Source of the DNA: Gammaproteobacteria bacterium
Lineage (GTDB): Bacteria; Pseudomonadota; Gammaproteobacteria; SKWO01
Length of the DNA stretch: 54,603 nt
NCBI GenBank assembly: GCA_007128895.1
Contig: SKWO01000010.1
Coordinates: 1 to 54,603, forward strand
Direction of reading: 5' to 3'
In this document: in pieces, positions 9,255 to 19,299 of the stretch
Position numbering within the stretch: position 1 is the stretch's first letter
Layout of the letters: each line of letters starts with the position of its first letter
Notes under the pieces: generated by a model
The model's database searches: none
Seen by the model: only the letters and a program-made list of their open reading frames with translations
Told to the model about the DNA's origin: nothing
Position numbers and translations under genes: made by a program

Positions 9255-10162
9255 ACCACACGCTGGTCGGCGCCTTTGTGCTGCTGCTGGGCGGCCTCTT
9301 CGTCGCCGTGGTGCTGTGGCTGACCGTCGGTCTGGAAAAGCGTCAGTTCGATTACTATGTGGTCTACTCCGAAGAGTCGGTGGCGGGGCTGAACCTGCGT
9401 GCGCCGGTGCGTTATCGCGGGGTCGAGATCGGTCGGGTGGGGAGCATTGCGCTGGACCCGGACGACCCGCGCCGAGTGCGTCTGGTGCTGGAGGTCTTCG
9501 CCGGTACGCCGCTGCGCGCCGATACCGAGGCGGTGCTGACGACCCAGGGGCTGACCGGGCTGGCCAGCCTGGAGCTCTCCGGCGGCACGCCGGAGGCGCC
9601 GGTGCTGCCGCAACGGCGCAGCGAGCCGTACCCTGAATTGGTGGCCGGACCGTCGCTGATCGCCCGGCTCGACCGTGCGGTGGGTGCCGTGGTCGATGAC
9701 GTGGCCCGCCTCTCTGAACGGCTGGAGCGGTTGCTGGACGATGAGAACCTGGCCAATCTGGCTGCTACGCTGGAACACTTGGGGCGATTCAGTGCCCATT
9801 TGGCCACCCACGGTGAACAGGTCGGTGACGTGGTGGCTCAGGCCCACGACGCCTTTGTATTGGCGGCACGTGCGGCGCAGGGGCTGGAGCGGACACTGCA
9901 TCGGATCGATCAGGCCGCTGCGGGTGTCGAGCAGGCCGGCACGGCGCTGGCCCGCAACAGCGAGACGGTAGGGACGGTGCTGGTGCAGAGCGCCACCGAG
10001 TTGCGCCTGCGCGGCAATGAGACCGCGGTGGGGCTGGAGGTGGGTCTGGAGGAGGTGCGGCGCCTGGCGCTTCGCCTGGAGCGGTTGGCCGAGTCGCTGG
10101 AGCGTGAGCCGCAGCGCCTGCTCTTTGGTGCGCCGCAGCCGGCGCCGGGGCCGGGGGAGTGA
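9239..10162 (+). CDS. MlaD/MCE-domain protein with long C-terminal helical region
   Basis: N-terminal TM; SVAGLNLRAPVRYRGVEIGRV; QGLTGLASLELSGG; C-terminal LEREPQRLLFG; GGAGG RBS. Confidence 0.88.
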   Translation: MRSGMNHTLVGAFVLLLGGLFVAVVLWLTVGLEKRQFDYYVVYSEESVAGLNLRAPVRYRGVEIGRVGSIALDPDDPRRVRLVLEVFAGTPLRADTEAVLTTQGLTGLASLELSGGTPEAPVLPQRRSEPYPELVAGPSLIARLDRAVGAVVDDVARLSERLERLLDDENLANLAATLEHLGRFSAHLATHGEQVGDVVAQAHDAFVLAARAAQGLERTLHRIDQAAAGVEQAGTALARNSETVGTVLVQSATELRLRGNETAVGLEVGLEEVRRLALRLERLAESLEREPQRLLFGAPQPAPGPGE

Positions 10163-10167
10163 TGGCA

Positions 10168-10770
10168 ATGCGTAGGGTCTGGGTTGTGGTGCTGCTCTTT
10201 TTGTCGGGCTGCAGTGTGCTGCCCGATCGGTCGCCGGGTGCGGCGCCGACCGAGTACCGCCTGCACGCCGAGGTGGTCGAACGGCTCGACTCGGATGGCC
10301 CGGTTCTGCTGGTGATGCCGATCAGGGCCGTGCCGGGGTTGGATAGCCGTAGTATTCTGTACCTGAACGAACCGCACCGGGCACAGGGTTACCGGGATGC
10401 GCGCTGGGTCGATACCCCGGCGCGTCAGCTGGAGCCGCTGCTGGTCGCCGCCGCTGAGGGAAGTGGCGGTTTTCGTGCCGTGGTGGCAGGGCGGGGCGCC
10501 GGTACCGGCGGGGCGGATGTCTTGCGCCTGGACAGCGATCTGTTGGCACTGCAGCAGGAGTGGCTGGATGGACGTGACCAGGTGCGGATCGCGTTGCGCG
10601 TCACCCTGAGCCGCCCGGCGAGCGGGCAGGTGGTCGCCAGCCACCGGTTGGCGCAGCAGGTGGCTCTGAACGGTGTGGGGGCCGAGGCGGCGGTCACCGC
10701 GTTCAATCGCGCCCTGCCTGCCCTGCTGGAGACGCTGGGTGACTGGCTGGTAGAACAGATTAACGAATGA
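10168..10770 (+). CDS. PqiC-like ABC-transport auxiliary lipoprotein
   Basis: Lipobox LSGC; ARWVDTPARQL; position after the MCE gene. Alternative starts at 10159 or 10162. Confidence 0.8.
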   Translation: MRRVWVVVLLFLSGCSVLPDRSPGAAPTEYRLHAEVVERLDSDGPVLLVMPIRAVPGLDSRSILYLNEPHRAQGYRDARWVDTPARQLEPLLVAAAEGSGGFRAVVAGRGAGTGGADVLRLDSDLLALQQEWLDGRDQVRIALRVTLSRPASGQVVASHRLAQQVALNGVGAEAAVTAFNRALPALLETLGDWLVEQINE

Positions 10771-10789
10771 GACAAGCAAGGAGTGGGTC

Positions 10790-11431
10790 GTGTTTGAGAT
10801 CGTGAAGGCCGGTGGCATCCTGATGGTGCCGATTCTGCTCTGCTCGGTGGTGGCGCTGGCCATCATCGGCGAGCGGCTGTGGTCGTTGCAGCGCGGGCGG
10901 GTCACCCCGGGCGATCTGCTGGCCCGGGTCTGGCACCGCCATCGGGTGCGTGAGCTCGACCGCAAGGAGATCGATTCCCTGCGCGACAGTTCACCGCTGG
11001 GTCGGGTGCTGGCGGCCGGGCTGGTCAATCGTGACCATCCGCGCGAGGTGATGAAGGATGCGATCGAGGAGACCGGTCGCCAGGTGGCGATGGAGCTGGA
11101 ACGCTACCTCAACACCCTCGGCACCATCGCCTCGATCACGCCGCTGCTTGGCCTGCTCGGCACGGTCATCGGCATGATCAAGGTCTTCTCCGCGATCACC
11201 GCCGAAGGGGTGGGCAACCCCACCGTGCTGGCCGGCGGTATCTCCGAGGCGCTGATCACCACCGCCACCGGCCTCTCGGTGGCGATCCCGGCGCTGATCT
11301 TCTACCGCTATTTCCAGGGCCGCGCCGATGAGCTGGTGATGGTGATGGAGGAGGAGGCGCTGAAGCTGGTCGAGGTGATCCACGGTGAGCGCGAGCAGGA
11401 CGACGACTTCCGCGCCGGAGGGGTGGCGTGA
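10790..11431 (+). CDS. exbB: MotA/TolQ/ExbB proton channel protein
   Basis: LGTIASITPLLGLLGTVIGMI, GISEALITTATGLSVAIP; AGGAG RBS. Confidence 0.9.
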   Translation: MFEIVKAGGILMVPILLCSVVALAIIGERLWSLQRGRVTPGDLLARVWHRHRVRELDRKEIDSLRDSSPLGRVLAAGLVNRDHPREVMKDAIEETGRQVAMELERYLNTLGTIASITPLLGLLGTVIGMIKVFSAITAEGVGNPTVLAGGISEALITTATGLSVAIPALIFYRYFQGRADELVMVMEEEALKLVEVIHGEREQDDDFRAGGVA

Positions 11432-11847
11432 ATCTGCGTCCCGGCCGCCGGCGCAACCCGCCCGACCTCAACCTGACGCCGCTGATCGACGTCGTCTTTC
11501 TGTTGCTGATCTTCTTCATGGTCTCGACCACCTTCAGCCGCGAGGCGGAGCTGACCATCGAACTGCCGGAGGCCGAGGGCGAACAGGCCGTGGTCGAGCG
11601 CGACGTGGTCGAGATTGTCATCGACACCAGTGGCCAGTTCTACATCAACGGCCAGCAGGTGGTCTCGACCCACGTCGAGGTGGTGCGCCGCGCCCTGCGC
11701 GAGGCCGGTCAGGCGCTGAACGATCCGCGCATCGTCATCAGCGCCGATCGCAATACCCCGCACCAGGCCGTGGTGACGGCGATGGATGCGGCCCGGCAGC
11801 TCGGCTATGTCAATCTGACTTTTGCGACCCGGACCGGGAATGAGTGA
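11428..11847 (+). CDS. exbD: ExbD/TolR biopolymer transport protein
   Basis: NLTPLIDVVFLLLIFFMV; ISAD...VVTAMD; GTGA overlap with exbB. Confidence 0.92.
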   Translation: MNLRPGRRRNPPDLNLTPLIDVVFLLLIFFMVSTTFSREAELTIELPEAEGEQAVVERDVVEIVIDTSGQFYINGQQVVSTHVEVVRRALREAGQALNDPRIVISADRNTPHQAVVTAMDAARQLGYVNLTFATRTGNE

Positions 11848-13600
11848 CCGGGAGGGGGGCGTCGCCATCTATCGACGCCTGCTGGGCTACGTCTTTCCTG
11901 TTCACTGGAAGGTCTTCGCCCTGGCCGTGGTGGCGATGGCGGCAGTGGCCGCGACGGCGACCGGGCTGGCCGCCCTGATGAAGCCACTGATGGATGGCAG
12001 CTTCGTCGAGCGCGATCCGGATGTGATTCGGATGATCCCGATCGCCCTGATCGGCCTCTTTCTGGTGCGTGGCATGGCCGAGTTCGCAACGCGCTACGGC
12101 ATGAGCTGGATTGCACGCAAGGTGATTCTGCAGCTTCGTGGCGAGGTCTTCGACAAGCTGTTGCTGCTGCCGGTGGGTTACTTTGATCGTAATGCCTCGG
12201 GCGATCTGATCACCAAGGCCTCCTACCATGTCGAACAGGTGGCGGCGGCCACGACCAGTGCGGTGACGTCACTGGTCAAGGATACCCTGATGGTGATCGG
12301 GCTGGTCGGCTGGATGATCTGGCTGAATGCCACACTGGCGCTGATCATCCTCTGTGTTGCTCCGCCGCTGGCACTGATTGTGAGCCAGGTCAGTCGCCGT
12401 TTCCGCACCCTCAGTCGACGTATTCAGACCTCGATGGGTGATGTCGTGCGGGTCTCCGGAGAGGCGATCGAGGCACACCGCGAGATTCGCATCTTTGCTG
12501 GAACCCGCTTCGAACGTAACCGGTTCGGGCGGGTCAATGAGTACAATCGCCGCCAGCACATGAAAAGCGTGCTGACCGATGCCATCAGTACCCCTGTGGT
12601 GCAGATGATCGTTGCGGTTGCCTTCGCTTTCATCGTCTATATGGCTACACTCCCGGCAATGCTGGAGGAGATTACCGCTGGTACCTTTGTCTCCTTCATG
12701 GCAGCGATGATGTTGCTGGCCCAGCCGATCCAGCGCCTGCTCAAGGTCAATGCCGAGCTGCAGAAGGGGATTGCCGCCGCCGAGAGCCTGTTCGACTTTC
12801 TCGATCAGGCGCCGGAGCCGGACCACGGCACCCGCCGCCTGACGCGTGCCCGCGGTGAGCTGGCCTTCGAGGGGGTGGCCTTCGCCTACGACCAGGACAA
12901 GGGGCGGGTGCTTGACGGCATCGATCTGACCATCGGTGCTGGCGAGACGGTCGCCTTCGTCGGCCGCTCCGGCAGCGGCAAGTCGACCCTGCTCAAGCTG
13001 TTGCCGCGTTTCTACGAGGTCGATGAGGGGACGATCCGGCTCGACGGCATCGATACCCGCGAGCTGACCCTGGCCTCGCTGCGCGAGCAGATCTCGTTGG
13101 TGAGCCAGGATGTGACCCTGTTCAATGCCACCGTGGCGGAGAACATCGCCTACGGACGGCTCGATCGGGTCAGTGAGGCGGAGATTGTCGCGGCGGCCGA
13201 GGCCGCGCACGCGATGGAGTTCATCCGCAGCCTGCCGCAGGGGTTGGAGAGCCGGGTCGGTGAAAACGGCGTGTTGCTCTCCGGCGGCCAGCGCCAGCGG
13301 CTGGCGATCGCCCGTGCCGTGCTCAAGGATGCGCCGATCCTGATCCTCGATGAGGCGACCTCGGCGCTCGACACCGAGTCGGAGCGCCATATCCAGGCCG
13401 CGCTCGACCGCCTGATGGAGAACCGCACCACGCTGGTCATCGCCCACCGCCTCTCGACCATCGAGCGGGCCGACCGCATCGTGGTGCTCGACCACGGCCA
13501 GGTGGTCGAGGTCGGCAGCCACGCCGAGCTGATCGCGCGTGACGGCCGCTACGCGGCGCTGCATCGGCTGCAGTTCGCCATCGGCCAGGACGAGGCGTGA
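11840..13600 (+). CDS. msbA: Lipid A export ABC transporter MsbA
   Basis: TMD plus NBD (GRSGSGKST, LSGGQRQR, ILDEATSALD); directly upstream of lpxK. Confidence 0.93.
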   Translation: MSDREGGVAIYRRLLGYVFPVHWKVFALAVVAMAAVAATATGLAALMKPLMDGSFVERDPDVIRMIPIALIGLFLVRGMAEFATRYGMSWIARKVILQLRGEVFDKLLLLPVGYFDRNASGDLITKASYHVEQVAAATTSAVTSLVKDTLMVIGLVGWMIWLNATLALIILCVAPPLALIVSQVSRRFRTLSRRIQTSMGDVVRVSGEAIEAHREIRIFAGTRFERNRFGRVNEYNRRQHMKSVLTDAISTPVVQMIVAVAFAFIVYMATLPAMLEEITAGTFVSFMAAMMLLAQPIQRLLKVNAELQKGIAAAESLFDFLDQAPEPDHGTRRLTRARGELAFEGVAFAYDQDKGRVLDGIDLTIGAGETVAFVGRSGSGKSTLLKLLPRFYEVDEGTIRLDGIDTRELTLASLREQISLVSQDVTLFNATVAENIAYGRLDRVSEAEIVAAAEAAHAMEFIRSLPQGLESRVGENGVLLSGGQRQRLAIARAVLKDAPILILDEATSALDTESERHIQAALDRLMENRTTLVIAHRLSTIERADRIVVLDHGQVVEVGSHAELIARDGRYAALHRLQFAIGQDEA

Positions 13601-14568
13601 GCCGACTGGCGGCGCTCTGGCAGCGGCGCACCCCGTTGCTCTGGCCGTTGCTGCCGCTGGCGGCGCTCTTTCTGGCCGTGACCACCCTGCGGCGCGCCCT
13701 CTATCGGCGCGGTCTGCTGCGTAGCGTGCGGCTGCCGGTGCCGGTCGTGGTGGTGGGCAATATCACCGTCGGCGGCACCGGCAAGACGCCACTGTTGATC
13801 CATCTGGCCGGTGAACTGGTGGCGCGTGGCTATCGGGTGGGGGTGGTCAGCCGTGGCTATGGTGGGCAGGGCGGCCCCAGGCCGCGCCAGGTGACCCCAG
13901 AGAGCGACCCGTTGGCCGATGGGGATGAACCGGTACTGATCGCGCGCCGCTGCGCGGTGCCGGTGGCCGTCGGTGTGGATCGGCCCGCGGCCGCGCAGTT
14001 GCTGGTCGACGCCGGCTGCAACCTGATTCTCAGCGACGACGGCCTGCAGCACTACCGACTGGCGCGCGACGTCGAGATCGCGGTGATCGATGGCGAACGG
14101 GGCCTCGGCAATGGCTGGCCGCTGCCGGCCGGTCCGCTGCGTGAGCCGCCGGCACGGCTGGCTTCGGTCGATGCGGTAGTGGTCAATGGCACTGCGCAGC
14201 CCGGGGCTCTGGCGATGACGCTGGTGCCGGGACGGCTCTGTCGCGTGAGCGACCCCAATGACTGCCGCGCGCTGGCGGAGCTGGCCGGCAGTCGGGTCCA
14301 TGCCGTGGCCGGTATTGGCCATCCGGCGCGCTTCTTCGCCACCCTGCGGCGGGCCGGCCTGACGGTGGTGGAGCACCCGTTTCCGGATCACCACCCCTTT
14401 CGCGCCGAGGAGATCCGCTTTGGCGATGCGGGCGTGCCGGTACTCATGACCGCCAAGGATGCGGTAAAATGTGGCTCTATTGCAGGGCCCGAGCACTGGT
14501 ATCTTGAGGTGACGGCGCAACCTGATCCGAAGCTGGTCGAGCAACTGCTCGAAGCCCTGGGGAGTTGA
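13597..14568 (+). CDS. lpxK: Tetraacyldisaccharide 4'-kinase
   Basis: [43 protein letters not shown]. Confidence 0.95.
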   Translation: MSRLAALWQRRTPLLWPLLPLAALFLAVTTLRRALYRRGLLRSVRLPVPVVVVGNITVGGTGKTPLLIHLAGELVARGYRVGVVSRGYGGQGGPRPRQVTPESDPLADGDEPVLIARRCAVPVAVGVDRPAAAQLLVDAGCNLILSDDGLQHYRLARDVEIAVIDGERGLGNGWPLPAGPLREPPARLASVDAVVVNGTAQPGALAMTLVPGRLCRVSDPNDCRALAELAGSRVHAVAGIGHPARFFATLRRAGLTVVEHPFPDHHPFRAEEIRFGDAGVPVLMTAKDAVKCGSIAGPEHWYLEVTAQPDPKLVEQLLEALGS

Positions 14569-14572
14569 TGCG

Positions 14573-14752
14573 ATGAACAAGCAGTTGCTGGAGATTCTGG
14601 TCTGTCCCGTCTGCAAGGGGCCGCTGCTCTGGAAGCCTGAGGCAGCCGAGCTGATCTGCAAGGGCGACCGTCTCGCCTTTCCGGTGCGGGACGGTATTCC
14701 GGTGATGCTGGAAGAGGAGGCGCGCGCCCTGCCCGCGGACGAAGAGGTCTGA
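14573..14752 (+). CDS. ycaR: Trm112/YcaR-family small protein (59 aa, absent from the ORF track)
   Basis: Hand translation [59 protein letters not shown]; canonical position between lpxK and kdsB. Confidence 0.92.
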   Translation: MNKQLLEILVCPVCKGPLLWKPEAAELICKGDRLAFPVRDGIPVMLEEEARALPADEEV

Positions 14753-14760
14753 GCAGTCCG

Positions 14761-15519
14761 GTGGCCACCCCCTTCCGCGTTCTTATCCCGGCGCGCTACG
14801 CCAGCAGCCGTCTGCCCGGCAAGCCGCTGCTTGAACTGGCCGGTCGTGCGCTGGTCTTGCGCGTCTGCGATGTGGCGGCGGCGAGCGGGGCCAGCCGTGT
14901 CGTGGTGGCGACCGACGATCGGCGCATCGCCGACTGTGTCGAGGCCGCCGGCTTCGAGGCGTGCATGACGGCCGCTGACCATCCCTCCGGCAGTGACCGC
15001 CTGGCCGAGGCAGCGGCGCTGCTCGGCCTGGCAGCCGATGAGATCGTGGTCAACCTGCAGGGGGACGAGCCGTTCGTGCCACCGGCCCTGCTCCGCCAGG
15101 TCGCCACCAACCTCCACGCCCATGCCGAGGCGCAGGCCGCGACCCTGGCCACGCCGATCACCGAGCTCAGCGACTTTCTCGACCCCAATGTGGTCAAGGT
15201 GGTCTGCGATCGTGCCGGCTTTGCCCACTACTTCTCCCGGGCGCCTATCCCGTGGCCGCGCACGGCGTTCAGCGACGGGGCCGAGCAGTTGCCAGCAGGG
15301 CTGGGCTGCCGTCGTCATCTGGGTATCTACGCCTACCGGGTCGCCACACTGCAGCGCTTTGTCGCCGATGCACCGGCCCCGACCGAGGCGGCCGAGCTGC
15401 TTGAGCAGCTGCGCATCCTCTGGCATGGGGGGCGTATCCATGTGGCCGATGCCTGCGCCTTGCCAGGGCCCGGCATCGACACGCCGCACGACCTGGAGCG
15501 TGCCCGCCAGTGGCTTTGA
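14761..15519 (+). CDS. kdsB: 3-deoxy-manno-octulosonate cytidylyltransferase (CMP-Kdo synthetase)
   Basis: IPARYASSRLPGKPL, SGSDRLAE, NLQGDEP, YFSRAPIP, LEQLR. Confidence 0.95.
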   Translation: MATPFRVLIPARYASSRLPGKPLLELAGRALVLRVCDVAAASGASRVVVATDDRRIADCVEAAGFEACMTAADHPSGSDRLAEAAALLGLAADEIVVNLQGDEPFVPPALLRQVATNLHAHAEAQAATLATPITELSDFLDPNVVKVVCDRAGFAHYFSRAPIPWPRTAFSDGAEQLPAGLGCRRHLGIYAYRVATLQRFVADAPAPTEAAELLEQLRILWHGGRIHVADACALPGPGIDTPHDLERARQWL

Positions 15520-15549
15520 TGATGATGGATGATCAGGAGTGATGGAGCG

Positions 15550-16026
15550 ATGAAGCCGTATCGGATTCTGTTTGTCTGCATGGGCAATATCTGCCGTTCA
15601 CCAACGGCCCAAGGGGTCTTCGAGGCCGCCTTGGCACAGCGTGGGCTCGAGGCGCACTTCGAGATCGACTCGGCGGGCACCCACGACTATCACATTGGCA
15701 CGGCACCCGATGCCCGGGCACGTGAAGCGGCGCTGCGTCGCGGTATCGATATCAGCGGGCTGCGTGGTCGTCAGGTCGATGCCAGTGACTTCGAGCGCTT
15801 CGACATGATTTTGGCCATGGATCGCGACAACCTGCAGCTGCTGGAGGCGCAGTGCCCACCGCAGCATCGGCACAAGCTGTCGCTTCTGCTCTCGCACAGC
15901 GAGACGACCCGCGACGAGGAGGTGCCCGACCCCTACTACGGGGGCCGGGACGGCTTTGAGCGGGTGCTGGATCTGATTGAGGATGCCAGCCAGGCACTGC
16001 TGGAGAAGCTCCCCGCAGGTCGATAA
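15550..16026 (+). CDS. Low-molecular-weight protein tyrosine phosphatase
   Basis: ILFVCMGNICRSP (CX5R), DSAGT, VPDPYYG. Confidence 0.93.
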   Translation: MKPYRILFVCMGNICRSPTAQGVFEAALAQRGLEAHFEIDSAGTHDYHIGTAPDARAREAALRRGIDISGLRGRQVDASDFERFDMILAMDRDNLQLLEAQCPPQHRHKLSLLLSHSETTRDEEVPDPYYGGRDGFERVLDLIEDASQALLEKLPAGR

Positions 16027-16033
16027 GCACAGC

Positions 16034-16066
16034 GCCGGATGCGGCCTTTGGCCTTGTCCAGCCTAC
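16034..16066 (-). repeat. GTAG-type REP (repetitive extragenic palindrome)
   Basis: Minus strand GTAGGCTGGACAAGGCCAAAGGCCGCATCCGGC: GTAG plus an imperfect palindrome with an AA/GC mismatch. Closely resembles the enterobacterial REP GCCGGATGCGGCG...CGCCTTATCCGGCCTAC. Single copy in this window. Confidence 0.75.
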
Positions 16067-18798
16067 AGGGAGGGTGCCCCTGTGGGCCGTTTTTCGGTTT
16101 CTGCCGGTGGCGGCTCGGTGGCCGCAGGCTTGGGTGTGTTGCCGTTTGACGCCGGCGGGCTGTCGGGCTCGTTCGCCTGAGGCCTCGGAGCCGGAGCCGG
16201 AGGTGCGGCGGGCTCTTGCGCGTTGTCCGCCTTTGGCGCGGCCTTGGCGGTCGCTTCACGTGGCTCGACGGGTGGCTTCTCCGCCTTGGGTGTCTCGTCA
16301 CGGGGTGGCGTGACGGGCTTCTCGACCACGGTCTGCGGTGTCTGCGGCTTTTCAGCCTCGGCCGGTGGCTTTTCCGCCGGTGCGGGGGGCTGTTCGTTAC
16401 GCTCGGCTTTCGGCGCGGTTGCTTCAGCGGCACGCTCGGAGGTCTCGGTGTTGGCCTCGGCCGGGCGGCGCTGCGGACGCTCGCTAGCAGGAGGTTCGGC
16501 CGACTCGGCGGCTTTGGGTTCGCTCACGGTGGCCGATGCATCGTCACCTGCTTTCGTCTCGGGCTCGCTGCGGCGGCTGCGGCGCCGACCGCGCGTCTTT
16601 TCTTCACCCTCGCTGTCGCTGTTGCCGTCCTCCTGGGCGCTTGGCTGCTCCTGGTTGCCCTGAGCGGCTTGTTCATTGGCATTGTCGCCCTCGCCGCTGC
16701 TGCGACGCCGCCGGCGCCCGCCGCGACGTCCACGACGCGAGCGACCACTGCCGCCTTCACCCTTGTCGTCGCTGGCGGCGCTGGCGTCGGACTCCGGGGC
16801 GTTCGCGCGCTCGTTGGCGACCTCGTCGGTCGCCTCGTCGCGGGTCGGCTTCTTGGATGGCCGCTCGGCGCGCGGCGGACGGCCGCTCTCCTTCTCCTTG
16901 GTCTCCTTGCGCTCGGCTTTTTCACCACGGGCGGGGCGTTCGCTAGCCTTGTCGCTGCGCTGGCCCCGCTTGCCGGAACCGCGACGGCTCTCGCCATCGG
17001 CACGGCTGCTGCCGCGCTTGCTATTGCCGCCACGTGCGCCCTTGCCGTCACTTCGGCTTTGCGCCTCTTCGGCGGCTTCGACGCTGTCGCTGTCAAAGAG
17101 GCTCTTCCACAGACGGCGCAGCAGACCCGGCTTGCTCTCCCGGGGGGCTGGTTGGGCCGGGGTGGCCGCTGCCGGGGCCAGTGCCTCCGGTGGCGGGGCA
17201 GCCGGGGTGATCAGCTTGACCGCCGGCTCGGCGGCGCGGGCCACCGGGCTGTCGCCGATCTCGACCGGCTCGCTGTGGTCGGTGGCCAGCTCATAGCTGG
17301 GCAGGCTGTCCTCGTCGGCGGGGAGTTCATCGCTACGCAGACGCTGGACCTCGTAGTGCGGGGTCTGCATGGTGCTGTTGGGAATCAGCACGATGGAGAC
17401 GCGCTGGCGCTCTTCGATGCGGTTGAGGATCGGGCGCTTCTCGTTGAGCAGGAAGGCGGCAACGTTGACCGGAAGCTGGGCCACGATGCGGCCGGTGCTC
17501 TCCTTGCAGGCCTCTTCCTCGATCACCCGCAGGATGGAGAGGGCGAGTGACTCGACGGTGCGGATGGTGCCGTGGCCGTTGCAGCGCGGGCAGACGTTGT
17601 CGCTCGATTCGCCGAGCGACGGACGCAGGCGCTGACGCGACATCTCAAGCAGACCGAAGCGCGAGATGCGGCCGACCTGGACACGGGCGCGATCCATCTT
17701 CAGCGCCTCGCGCAGGCGGTTTTCCACCTCGCGCTGGTGGCGGGCCGGGGTCATGTCGATGAAGTCGATGACGATCAGCCCGCCGAGGTCACGCAGCCGT
17801 AGTTGGCGGGCGATCTCGTCAGCCGCTTCGAGGTTGGTGTTGAAGGCGGTCTCCTCGATGTCCGCCCCCTTGGTGGCACGCGCCGAGTTGATGTCGATCG
17901 AGACCAGCGCCTCAGTGTGGTCGATGATCAGCGAGCCGCCGGAAGGCAGACGGACCTGGCGCAGATAGGCGGTTTCGATCTGGCTCTCGATCTGGTAGCG
18001 GGTGAAGAGCGGGATGGTCTCCTCGTAGAGCTTGACCTTGTTCACGTACTGGGGCATGACCAGCCCCATGAAGTCGCGTGCCATCTTGTAGATGCGCGGT
18101 TCGTCGATGATCAGCTCGCCGATGTCGGAGCGCAGGTAGTCGCGGATGGCGCGGATGACAACGTTGCTCTCCTGGTAGATCAGTTGCGGCGCCGGATGCT
18201 TGTCGGCGGCGTCCTTGATCGCGGCCCACAACTGCAGCAGGTAGTTGAGATCCCACTGGCACTCTTCCGCGCTCTTGCCGACGCCGGCCGTGCGCAGGAT
18301 GATGCCCATGTCGTCGGGGATCTCGAGGTTGCTGAGGACGTCGCGCGCCTCGCTGCGATCGTCGCCTTCGATGCGGCGTGAGACGCCACCGGCACGCGGG
18401 TTGTTGGGCATCAGCACCAGGTAACGACCGGCCAGACTGATGAAGGTGGTCAGCGCCGCGCCTTTGGTGCCACGCTCCTCCTTGTCGACCTGGACGATCA
18501 GCTCCTGGCCTTCACGCAGGACATCCTTGATGTTGATCTTGCCGCTGAGGTCGGCGTCCGGGTGGAAGTAGTCGCGAGCGACCTCTTTCAGTGGCAGGAA
18601 GCCGTGGCGTTCGGAGCCGTAGTCGATGAAGGCGGCTTCCAGGCTGGGTTCGATGCGGGTGATACGACCCTTGTAGATGTTGGCTTTTTTCTGTTCGCGG
18701 TTGGCGCTTTCGATATCCAGGTCGTAAAGGCGTTGTCCATCGACCAGGGCGACGCGCAACTCTTCCGGATGCGTCGCGTTGAAGAGCATTCTTTTCAT
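16063..18798 (-). CDS. rne: Ribonuclease E (911 aa)
   Basis: [30 protein letters not shown]; S1 domain; [18 protein letters not shown] zinc link; amphipathic [12 protein letters not shown]; Arg-rich disordered C-terminus. True start is 18798, not 20145. Confidence 0.97.
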   Translation of the reverse strand: MKRMLFNATHPEELRVALVDGQRLYDLDIESANREQKKANIYKGRITRIEPSLEAAFIDYGSERHGFLPLKEVARDYFHPDADLSGKINIKDVLREGQELIVQVDKEERGTKGAALTTFISLAGRYLVLMPNNPRAGGVSRRIEGDDRSEARDVLSNLEIPDDMGIILRTAGVGKSAEECQWDLNYLLQLWAAIKDAADKHPAPQLIYQESNVVIRAIRDYLRSDIGELIIDEPRIYKMARDFMGLVMPQYVNKVKLYEETIPLFTRYQIESQIETAYLRQVRLPSGGSLIIDHTEALVSIDINSARATKGADIEETAFNTNLEAADEIARQLRLRDLGGLIVIDFIDMTPARHQREVENRLREALKMDRARVQVGRISRFGLLEMSRQRLRPSLGESSDNVCPRCNGHGTIRTVESLALSILRVIEEEACKESTGRIVAQLPVNVAAFLLNEKRPILNRIEERQRVSIVLIPNSTMQTPHYEVQRLRSDELPADEDSLPSYELATDHSEPVEIGDSPVARAAEPAVKLITPAAPPPEALAPAAATPAQPAPRESKPGLLRRLWKSLFDSDSVEAAEEAQSRSDGKGARGGNSKRGSSRADGESRRGSGKRGQRSDKASERPARGEKAERKETKEKESGRPPRAERPSKKPTRDEATDEVANERANAPESDASAASDDKGEGGSGRSRRGRRGGRRRRRSSGEGDNANEQAAQGNQEQPSAQEDGNSDSEGEEKTRGRRRSRRSEPETKAGDDASATVSEPKAAESAEPPASERPQRRPAEANTETSERAAEATAPKAERNEQPPAPAEKPPAEAEKPQTPQTVVEKPVTPPRDETPKAEKPPVEPREATAKAAPKADNAQEPAAPPAPAPRPQANEPDSPPASNGNTPKPAATEPPPAETEKRPTGAPSL

Positions 18799-19228
18799 TG
18801 TTGTCTCTCGGCCACTCAGCCGCATGTGCGGGCGGCCGGTCCCGGGTGGACAGGGCAGAGCAAGAGGCAGGGGCGGACGTGGGCGCATGGCCGGCCCGAC
18901 ATCGATGCGCGACTCACGCGCACCGCAGACGTTCTGCCGCTTGTTGATCCGGCAGAACGACGGATGATTCCAGACTGCCCCGGATGCACTGTCCGGCGTA
19001 AAGCCGGGTACCGGTGACACCTGCTGGCGCCTGCCGCTGGAGCCGTGTGCTCCCTCTGTCGGCGGCTGCCCGCGGGTGCGGGAGTGTTCTGTTTCATGGC
19101 CGCTCATGGGAAGGGCGAGCGGCAAAAGCCCTGTTGTTCTGACATGCGGTCGGCGGCGCACGACGCCTGGCCAGTCGTTCAGCTTCAGGCGGTGCGCCTT
19201 CAAAGGCATACCGCGCGTTACTATAGCA
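18799..19228 (-). promoter_or_regulatory. rne promoter and ~415-nt structured 5' leader
   Basis: Minus-strand extended -10 TGC-TATAGT (19220-19228); long non-coding region with several GC hairpins. Long autoregulatory rne leaders are established in gammaproteobacteria. Confidence 0.6.
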
Positions 19229-19299
19229 GCCTTTGACAGGTGCAGCAATTGGATGAATTGGCCCATGCTTCCTTGGGTCGCTGCTGGTATCATTTGGCC

